From the NCBI RefSeq assembly GCF_031984325.1, contig NZ_DALZAJ010000002.1: a stretch of DNA of 58,561 nt, one strand, 5' to 3'. This DNA comes from Lachnoclostridium sp. (lineage in GTDB: Bacteria > Bacillota > Clostridia > Lachnospirales > Lachnospiraceae). The translations under genes and the position numbers were made by a program. Positions within the stretch are counted from its first letter, which is position 1. Each line of letters begins with the position of its first letter. The notes below the pieces were generated by a model. It had not been told where the DNA came from and ran no database searches. It saw only the letters and a list, made by a program, of their open reading frames with translations. Of this stretch, positions 51,067 to 58,561 are shown piece after piece.

Positions 51067-51752
51067 ACTTTAAAACGGTACCCAACACCCCAGATTGTTT
51101 CAATGTATTGTGGTTTTGAAGTATTCGCTTCAATCTTTTCTCGAATCTTTTTAATATGAACAGTAACCGTAGCAATATCACCGATTGATTCCATATCCCA
51201 AATCTCTTGGAATAGCTCTTCCTTGGTATAAACATGGTTTGGATTTTGTGCCAAGAAGGTAAGTAAATCGAATTCTTTGGTTGTAAATGCCTTTTCCTCT
51301 CCATTTATATAAACACGGCGTGCAGTTTTATCAATTTTGATACCACGAATTTCTATCATTTCATTTTCCTTCATTCCGGTACCAATCAATCGCTCATACC
51401 TTGCTAAATGCGCTTTCACCCTTGCTACCAATTCACTTGGGCTAAATGGTTTTGTCATATAATCATCTGCCCCAAGTCCAAGTCCTCGAATCTTATCAAT
51501 GTCATCCTTTTTTGCAGATACCATAATAACAGGAATGTTCTTTTCTTCCCTTACACGTTTACAAATTTCAAATCCATCTACGTTTGGTAACATTAAATCA
51601 AGAATAATTAACTTATAATCCCCTGTAAGAGCCGCTTCTAAACCTTTATCTCCGGTATTTTGAATATCTACTTCGAAACCAGAAAGCTCTAAATAATCCT
51701 TCTCAAGTTCTGCAATTGCAGCCTCATCTTCTACTATTAATATCTTATCCAT
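51063..51752 (-). CDS. OmpR/PhoB family response regulator
   Basis: LIVEDE, LDLMLP, GADDYMTKPF, IETIWGVGY. Confidence 0.95.
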   Translation of the reverse strand: MDKILIVEDEAAIAELEKDYLELSGFEVDIQNTGDKGLEAALTGDYKLIILDLMLPNVDGFEICKRVREEKNIPVIMVSAKKDDIDKIRGLGLGADDYMTKPFSPSELVARVKAHLARYERLIGTGMKENEMIEIRGIKIDKTARRVYINGEEKAFTTKEFDLLTFLAQNPNHVYTKEELFQEIWDMESIGDIATVTVHIKKIREKIEANTSKPQYIETIWGVGYRFKV

Positions 51753-51789
51753 AAAATCTCCTTTCTTCTGCCACCGTATGAATGTTGTT

Positions 51790-51908
51790 TTTTATTTTCA
51801 CACTTGAAAACATGACGCCAAAGGCGGTACAAACAATGCATAAAACTAATGTGAAGTTTTAGAATTTCTTATGTGGCGTCTTTTGGCACCTTAGAAATTC
51901 TCTTCACA
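51790..51908 (-). repeat. ~115-bp structured intergenic repeat, copy 2
   Basis: Reverse complement matches 31217-31328. Confidence 0.88.
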
Positions 51909-51916
51909 CTTCTTTC

Positions 51917-53458
51917 TTAATCTTTTACTTTAAGTACTAACCCTTTTTTTATTTTAGAGAGTTTCTTCTCAATACGCTCTTTGTCAGTCCATTTCATTAT
52001 GGTAAAGATAATGCTTGTTCCAACACCGACTTCACTCTTTGCCCAGATATTACCGCCATGCTCCTCAATTACTTTTTTAGCAATCGCTAAGCCAAGTCCA
52101 GACCCCCCTTGCTTTGAATTTCTGGATGCATCCGCACGGTAAAAACGTTCAAATATATTCGGAAGGTCTTTCGCTGCAATACCGCAACCATCATCTTCAA
52201 CTGAAACTTGTACCATATCACCAGCATCGGATAGCCTTACCCTAATGGTTCCTTCCGCTTTTCCCATGTATTTTACTGCATTTCCTACAATATTATGAAT
52301 CACTCGTTTTAATTGCTCTGTATCAACAATTACTTTACATTCCGGTGATACCATATTCTCATATTCTAACTTAATATTCTTAATCTCAAGTTCAAAACTA
52401 AGCTCATCTACGCAATCACTAAAGTAATCATCGATACCAATTATGTTAAAGTTATAAGGAACTGTATTATTATCAATCCTTGCATAAAGCGATAATTCAT
52501 CTACTAAGGAAGACATATCATTTGCCTTTGTATAAATTGTTTTGACGTATCGATCAAGCTTTTCAGGGGTATCTGCTACCCCATCGATAATCCCTTCCGA
52601 ATATCCTTTGATTGCAGTAAGCGGCGTCTTTAAGTCATGCGATATATTACTTAATAACTCTCTTGAGTTTTCTTCATACTGCATCTTTACTTCAATGAGT
52701 TCTTTTAGATGAATTCTCATTTCTTCAAAATCTTCACATAGCTGTCCAATCTCATCATTGGTTCTTACAGAAATCGAATAATTTAAATTTCCTTCCTTCA
52801 TCTCCTTGGTAGCACGTTTTAGTACATCAAGTGGTTTTATAATTCCTCTGTAAAGCCATACAATTAAGATAAAAGCGGTTATTACGATAATTAATACAAA
52901 GGATATTACGGCTTGAATTGCAGACGCTTTTATCTGTGGAACAACATTATCAACATCTGTTAATACAAATATTGTTCCCTCAGAACCATCCTGATACAAA
53001 AAGTCTTGTTGTTTTAATAAAATGGGATTTTTACCCCCAATATAAGTACCTCCATCAACTTCTGTGCTATGATTATTATAACTTGGAAGATTGTTCTTTA
53101 CCGTTGAAAATTTCGCAGAATCACCTACAAAGATAATCTCTTGATCCTTTCTGACAACTAAGAAAGAATATTTTTCTTGAAGTTCTGAATTAAGCGCTTT
53201 AATATATTCTAAATCTTCTAATTCCCAAGGTGTTTTGATTGCTTTTGTTTTAATTCTGTTAAAGGCATCCCTTGTAACCCGATTTAATATCTGTATTGGA
53301 TTCGTTATTACCTGCATGGTATCAAACTCTACGTCATAGGTTTTCTGAATGGAGTTTAACTGGTACTCAATTATTAGCTTACCGGTCATAACAGCTAGAC
53401 ATATGGGTAGAATAATAATGATTATGAACGACATCTTTAGTCTGTTTTTTAAATTCAC
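51917..53458 (-). CDS. HAMP-domain sensor histidine kinase
   Basis: NISHDLKTPLT H-box, NAVKY, DDGCGI, GGSGLGLAI; GTG start after GGAGG. Confidence 0.94.
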   Translation of the reverse strand: MNLKNRLKMSFIIIIILPICLAVMTGKLIIEYQLNSIQKTYDVEFDTMQVITNPIQILNRVTRDAFNRIKTKAIKTPWELEDLEYIKALNSELQEKYSFLVVRKDQEIIFVGDSAKFSTVKNNLPSYNNHSTEVDGGTYIGGKNPILLKQQDFLYQDGSEGTIFVLTDVDNVVPQIKASAIQAVISFVLIIVITAFILIVWLYRGIIKPLDVLKRATKEMKEGNLNYSISVRTNDEIGQLCEDFEEMRIHLKELIEVKMQYEENSRELLSNISHDLKTPLTAIKGYSEGIIDGVADTPEKLDRYVKTIYTKANDMSSLVDELSLYARIDNNTVPYNFNIIGIDDYFSDCVDELSFELEIKNIKLEYENMVSPECKVIVDTEQLKRVIHNIVGNAVKYMGKAEGTIRVRLSDAGDMVQVSVEDDGCGIAAKDLPNIFERFYRADASRNSKQGGSGLGLAIAKKVIEEHGGNIWAKSEVGVGTSIIFTIMKWTDKERIEKKLSKIKKGLVLKVKD

Positions 53459-53757
53459 TTTCCTTCCTCCGTATCTATGTCTCATACTAAAAGGTCTTTC
53501 TTCCTATTAAAAACAGTAACACCTATTAAATGGAATGTGATAACTATAAACATTTAATCCTACCGATGTTAGTGTTTAAATGTTCCTAACTTTTTATTCT
53601 ATTCTATCAAGAAATAACAAGTTTTACTATTTCCTCATTTCATTATAACATATCATAGACTAGCTTACACATAAACAATCTATAAAAACATCTATAAAAA
53701 CTATTAAAAAGGACTTACCACGCAAAGCTGATAAGTCCCTCTTCCTAAAAATTCTTC

Positions 53758-54948
53758 TTATAAATATTTCTTTAACTCATCTGCCTTATCTGTTTGCTCC
53801 CAAGGAAGATTTAAGTCATTTCTACCAAAATGTCCATATGCAGCTGTTTGCTTATAGATTGGTCTTCTTAAATCAAGCATTTTAATGATACCAGCTGGAC
53901 GAAGATCAAAGTGGTTACGAACAATTTCAGTTAACTCTTCATTGCTCTTCTTTCCTGTTCCAAATGTATCAATCATAATAGAGGTAGGCTGAGCAACACC
54001 AATTGCATAGGATAACTGTATCTCGCACTTATCTGCAAGGCCAGATGCAACTATATTCTTAGCTACATAACGAGCTGCATAAGAAGCTGAACGATCTACC
54101 TTTGTACAGTCCTTACCAGAGAAGGCACCACCGCCGTGACGAGCATATCCACCGTAGGTGTCTACAATAATTTTTCTACCTGTTAAACCACTATCTCCAT
54201 TTGGTCCACCAATAACAAAACGTCCGGTTGGATTAATAAAGAATTTTGTATTCTCATCTACCATTTCTTTTGGAAGAACTGGCTCAAATACATACTTTTT
54301 AATATCCTCATGAATTTGCTCCTGTGTCACATCTGGATCATGCTGAGTAGATAATACCACTGCATTTAAGTGAACTGGTTTTCCTTCTTCATTATATTCC
54401 ACTGTTACCTGTGACTTCCCATCCGGACGAAGGTAGCTAAGCGTACCATCTTTTCTTACTTTAGATAACTGTTTTGTTAACTTATGAGCCAATGAAATAG
54501 GATATGGCATAAGTTCTTCGGTCTCATTGGATGCATAACCAAACATCATACCCTGATCTCCTGCACCAATTGCCTCAATCGCTTCGTCTGTCATCTCATT
54601 TTGTTTTGCTTCCAATGCTTTGTCTACACCAAGAGCAATGTCTTTTGACTGTTCGTCAAGTGCAACAATAACACCACATGTATCCGCGTCAAAACCATAC
54701 TTTGCACGATCATATCCGATTTCTCTTACGGTATCACGTACAATTTTTTGTATATCAACATAACCAGATGTTGTAATCTCACCCATTACAAGTACGAGTC
54801 CTGTAGTAATTGCTGTTTCGCAAGCAACACGGCTCATTGGATCTTGCTCTAATAATGCATCCAATACTGCATCTGAGATTTGATCGCAGATTTTATCTGG
54901 ATGTCCTTCAGTAACTGATTCTGATGTAAATAGTAATTTGTTTTGCAT
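53758..54948 (-). CDS. metK: S-adenosylmethionine synthetase
   Basis: [28 protein letters not shown]. Confidence 0.98.
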   Translation of the reverse strand: MQNKLLFTSESVTEGHPDKICDQISDAVLDALLEQDPMSRVACETAITTGLVLVMGEITTSGYVDIQKIVRDTVREIGYDRAKYGFDADTCGVIVALDEQSKDIALGVDKALEAKQNEMTDEAIEAIGAGDQGMMFGYASNETEELMPYPISLAHKLTKQLSKVRKDGTLSYLRPDGKSQVTVEYNEEGKPVHLNAVVLSTQHDPDVTQEQIHEDIKKYVFEPVLPKEMVDENTKFFINPTGRFVIGGPNGDSGLTGRKIIVDTYGGYARHGGGAFSGKDCTKVDRSASYAARYVAKNIVASGLADKCEIQLSYAIGVAQPTSIMIDTFGTGKKSNEELTEIVRNHFDLRPAGIIKMLDLRRPIYKQTAAYGHFGRNDLNLPWEQTDKADELKKYL

Positions 54949-55050
54949 AAAATCTCCTTTCACCCTTCCATGCTCTGAAAGGCTTATGATATATTAATTT
55001 GTACCGATTTAAGTCCGAATACAACCGTCGTAGTATTTTACTCTATCCAC

Positions 55051-55190
55051 AAAAAAAGTCCGCATAAGCGGACTTGTTATTTAAAAACCAAATCCTCTCA
55101 TTGTTCGATTGCTCGCTCAACTTAGCACCTTCCCATAGGGGGTTGCCGTGACTTCACTGAGTCTTTACTCTCCGTCACTCTGAATAAGAG
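55051..55190 (-). promoter_or_regulatory. SAM-I (S-box) riboswitch with terminator
   Basis: CTTATTCAGAG..GGCAACC..GGTGCTAA..AATGAG aptamer (55190-55094); terminator AAGTCCGC-ttat-GCGGACTTTTTTT. Confidence 0.9.
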
Positions 55191-55329
55191 AAATATCTAT
55201 GAACTTATTGTATATTCGCACACTTAGTAGACAACTAAAATAATTGTCACTTGTGCATTAACTATATCGAAAAATCACTTTCCTGTCAAGAAAAATAATT
55301 TACCAGAGCAATTAATTTTTCTAATATAG

Positions 55330-55524
55330 CTACTTTCTTGTTGCAGTAAAACCGATATCCGCTAACTCTTCCACTGCTTGATTTAATGTTGCTTCATCAC
55401 CGTCAATACTTACAGACTTACTGGATAAGTCAACTTCATGATTTATATTTAGTCCTTCAAGAAGTTTATGAATACGATCTACACAGTGATTACAGCTCAT
55501 TTCTTTAATATCAAATTTTGTCAT
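55330..55524 (-). CDS. copZ: Copper chaperone (HMA domain)
   Basis: MSCNHC motif, 64 aa, in the cop operon. Confidence 0.85.
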   Translation of the reverse strand: MTKFDIKEMSCNHCVDRIHKLLEGLNINHEVDLSSKSVSIDGDEATLNQAVEELADIGFTATRK

Positions 55525-55629
55525 AGTTTACTCCTTCTCCGTGCATCATTGCATTATCTATTTTTTTGTGACCTATATGCCAAACAAAACATATTTGATT
55601 GAATATTCTTTGCTTTTAGTTATCATCTT

Positions 55630-55759
55630 GTTATTTCATTATTTTCTACTTTTTCGTTATTATCCCGTTATTTCAGTATTTTCTGCATTATCATTATTAT
55701 TCCGTTATTTCATTATTTTCTGCATTATCATTATTATCACGTTATTTCATTATTTTCTG
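55630..55759. repeat. 37-bp tandem repeat (~3.5 copies) including the csoR stop codon
   Basis: GTTATTTCA(T/G)TATTTTCT starts at 55630, 55667, 55704, 55741. Confidence 0.88.
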
Positions 55760-56053
55760 TATTGTTTTTAAAAGTTCCTCAATCACTTCATCATTCCCTT
55801 GCCTAATATCCTCTACTACACAGGAGCGAATATGATTTCCTAACAATACCTTATTAAAACTATTTAACGCAGATTGGATAGCAGAAACCTGAGTTAATAC
55901 CTCAACACAATAATGCTCTTCCTCTACCATACGGCGAACACCTCGTACCTGACCTTCAATACGATTAAGACGATGAATTAAATCTTTAAATTCTGCCTCA
56001 TTACGGTGTTTCTGCTCATGGCATAAAGGCATCTCTTCATTTTTCTCGGACAT
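55742..56053 (-). CDS. csoR: Copper-sensing repressor
   Basis: RLNRIEGQVRG, YC..VLTQ, HIRSCV (Cys-His-Cys ligands). Confidence 0.92.
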   Translation of the reverse strand: MSEKNEEMPLCHEQKHRNEAEFKDLIHRLNRIEGQVRGVRRMVEEEHYCVEVLTQVSAIQSALNSFNKVLLGNHIRSCVVEDIRQGNDEVIEELLKTIQKIMK

Positions 56054-56071
56054 CTACGCCCTCCTCTTTAC

Positions 56072-58336
56072 CTAAAGTCGTTTGTATCGTAAGCTTAATG
56101 CATTTGTAACTACACAAACAGAACTTAACGACATTGCAAATCCTCCAAGCATTGGACTTAATAACATTCCTGTAAATGGATATAGCAATCCTGCTGCAAT
56201 TGGAATACCAATAATATTGTAAATAAAGGCCCAGAAAAGATTTTGTTTGATGTTACGGATTGTTAACTTACTTAAATGTACCGCGCGGTACACATCCATA
56301 AGGTCAGAACGCATTAATACAAGATCTGCTGAATCAATTGCAATGTCACTACCGCTTCCGATCGCAACACCAACATCTGCCTGTATTAGTGCAGGAGCAT
56401 CATTGATACCATCTCCTACCATCATAACCTTATTTCCTTCTGCTTGAAGTTTCTTAACAACCTCTGCCTTATCACCTGGTAATACCTCCGCGATAATATG
56501 GTCCACCTTAGCCTTTTTCGCAATTGCCTCTGCAGTAACTTTGTGGTCCCCTGTTAGCATATATACTGTTAAGCCTAATGATTTAAGCGCTTCCACTGCT
56601 TCCCTACTAGTAGACTTAATTGTATCCGCTACTCCGGTAATGCCTTCCAGTTTGCCATCTATCATTACATAGATTGGAGTTTGACCTTGCATTGCCATCT
56701 GATCAGCTGCCATGTGATATTCCTTAGACACAGCATCTTTTCCATAACTTAGCATAAGCTTTTCATTTCCTACAGCAATCTTTTTGCCACTCTCTGAAAG
56801 AATTGCCTCTACTCCAAGACCAGTCTTATTCTCAAACTGCTCTATTGCAGGTTCTTTTTCTTTCACACTACTATGATACTCCTCTACGATTGCTCGTGCA
56901 AGTGGATGTTCACTTCCTGCCTCAACAGCAGCAGTAAACTTTAAAATTTGTTCTCTACTATAATTCTTTGTAAATACTTCTACTACCTTCGGTTTTCCCT
57001 CTGTAATTGTACCTGTTTTATCTAATACGACTGTATCAATATGATGGGCTGTCTCTAGAGCTTCCCCACTCTTAATTAAGATACCGTGACTTGCACCGAG
57101 GCCTGTTCCAACCATGATTGCCGTCGGTGTTGCAAGTCCGAGGGCACATGGACAAGCAATTACTAAAACCGATACAAAAATCGTTAATACGAAAGCAAGG
57201 TCATGACCAAGTAAAAGCCAAATAATTGCTGATACAACTGCGATAATCATTACAACAGGAACAAAATATCCTGCAACTTTATCCGCGATCTTGGAAATCG
57301 GTGCTTTCTTTCCTTGGGCATCTTCCATCAGTTTTACAATTTTAGCAAGTGTAGTATCTTCACCAACACTTGTAACGCGTACTAAAAGCATACCATTAAA
57401 GTTTTGGCTTCCGCCAATTACCATATCGTCAATTTGTTTTTCCACAGGGATACTTTCACCAGTAAGCATGGATTCATCTACACTACTGCTTCCCTCAATA
57501 ACAATTCCATCAATAGGTACTTTACTACCTGCCTTAATAATAACAACATCATTTTTTCTTAGTTCACTTACTGGAACTTCTCTTTCCACGCCATTTTCCA
57601 CCAACATAGCAGTATCCGGTGCTAGCTCCATCATCTTACGAATCGCCTGCGTGGTCTTTCTCTTGCTTCTGCTCTCTAAATACTTACCAAGCATTACTAA
57701 CGTAACAACTACCGCTGCGGATTCATAATAAAGATTGTTAACTGCATCCGAATTATAAGGGATGCGGATTGTCATCACTACACTATAGATAAAGGCTGCT
57801 GATGTACCGACAGCAACTAAGGTATCCATATTCGGGTTTCCTTTGAATAGCGTATGAAATCCGTTCGTATAGAATTTACTTCCACATACTAAAACAGGTA
57901 TTGTTAATATTAATTGTGCCACAGCAAAATTAAATGGCATATGATGCATGTCAAGAAACGCTGGCAATGGCATCTTCCAAGGTACCATATGTCCCATACT
58001 GATATAGAGAAGTGGAACAGCAAATATAATTGCTACTATAAGCCTAGTTCTAGAAGCCCGGAATTTCTTTTCCGTCTCCTCTTCTTCTTTTTGCCTTACT
58101 GCTTTCTCATCTATTTGGTGTTCCTTATGATATGGAGAAATACCAAACCCCGCTTTTTTCACCTTTTCCATAATCAGGTCTGGAGTTACCTTATCATCCT
58201 CATATTCAATCGTAAGCTTCGCTGTCGTTAAGTTCACGCTACTAGAGATAACTCCTGGAAGCCTACCAGTAACCCGTTCCACAGCACTACTGCAGGAAGC
58301 ACAGGTCATTCCTTCAATATTATATATTTCCTTCAT
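56072..58336 (-). CDS. copA: Copper-exporting P1B-type ATPase
   Basis: GMTCASC, TGES, CPCALG, DKTGT, HP, GDGINDAP, YN and MSLSS TM motifs. Confidence 0.96.
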   Translation of the reverse strand: MKEIYNIEGMTCASCSSAVERVTGRLPGVISSSVNLTTAKLTIEYEDDKVTPDLIMEKVKKAGFGISPYHKEHQIDEKAVRQKEEEETEKKFRASRTRLIVAIIFAVPLLYISMGHMVPWKMPLPAFLDMHHMPFNFAVAQLILTIPVLVCGSKFYTNGFHTLFKGNPNMDTLVAVGTSAAFIYSVVMTIRIPYNSDAVNNLYYESAAVVVTLVMLGKYLESRSKRKTTQAIRKMMELAPDTAMLVENGVEREVPVSELRKNDVVIIKAGSKVPIDGIVIEGSSSVDESMLTGESIPVEKQIDDMVIGGSQNFNGMLLVRVTSVGEDTTLAKIVKLMEDAQGKKAPISKIADKVAGYFVPVVMIIAVVSAIIWLLLGHDLAFVLTIFVSVLVIACPCALGLATPTAIMVGTGLGASHGILIKSGEALETAHHIDTVVLDKTGTITEGKPKVVEVFTKNYSREQILKFTAAVEAGSEHPLARAIVEEYHSSVKEKEPAIEQFENKTGLGVEAILSESGKKIAVGNEKLMLSYGKDAVSKEYHMAADQMAMQGQTPIYVMIDGKLEGITGVADTIKSTSREAVEALKSLGLTVYMLTGDHKVTAEAIAKKAKVDHIIAEVLPGDKAEVVKKLQAEGNKVMMVGDGINDAPALIQADVGVAIGSGSDIAIDSADLVLMRSDLMDVYRAVHLSKLTIRNIKQNLFWAFIYNIIGIPIAAGLLYPFTGMLLSPMLGGFAMSLSSVCVVTNALSLRYKRL

Positions 58337-58496
58337 ATTTCTCAACCTTTCTATTCTTTCTCACTTAACTCCGCTTTCTAAATGTCATAAATAGATATTC
58401 TAATTAGGTACAAATAGTATTCCTAATTTTAAGTAATCGATGAACAAAAAGAAATCTTTTAAAGCTAAGCTTCTTAGAATTAATTGTTATTTTAGC

Positions 58497-58512
58497 ATAC
58501 CCCATGGGGTAT
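58497..58512. promoter_or_regulatory. CsoR operator
   Basis: Perfect palindrome ATACCCCATGGGGTAT just downstream of the minus-strand promoter (TTGACA at 58547-58542). Confidence 0.85.
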
Positions 58513-58561
58513 ATATTATATATAACTTAGATTTTGTTCCTTGTCAATAGATTTTTCCTTA

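Noticed and set aside
55541..55771. 76-aa hydrophobic plus-strand ORF
   Set aside because: By-product of the AT-rich 37-bp tandem repeat
1783..58231. Many short ORFs nested in or antisense to long genes (e.g. 8953-9276, 41865-42245, 57291-57728)
   Set aside because: Shadow ORFs of well-supported genes, without RBS or recognisable motifs

Overview
Low-GC Firmicute chromosomal segment, mostly minus-strand. Gene content resembles a Lachnospiraceae cellulolytic clostridium such as Lachnoclostridium phytofermentans (from recall, not a search). Housekeeping genes: ileS and proS (each with a T-box), citrate synthase, pncB, a cytidylate kinase-like gene, pckA, and metK with a SAM-I riboswitch. Other loci: a reduced trp operon (Trp T-box, internally deleted trpF, trpB, trpA); a satellite flagellar module (large FliK-like gene, flagellin, fliS); a GH94 phosphorylase/phosphomutase/YesM-YesN/sugar ABC locus; tRNA-Gly(CCC) followed by an apparently decayed ~3.2-kb island; a multidomain PL9 lyase; a NitT/TauT-type ABC system split 34 kb apart; an OmpR-type two-component system; and a copA-csoR-copZ copper operon. 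No CRISPR array, integrase or transposase was seen. The best candidates for something undescribed are an unassigned ~150-nt structured RNA with a perfect sigmaA promoter and alternative terminator/antiterminator folds upstream of a TM1266 regulator and an ABC binding protein, a ~115-bp intra-operonic repeat present twice, and two regulons inferred from shared operator motifs. All calls were made by eye; none was confirmed by computation.
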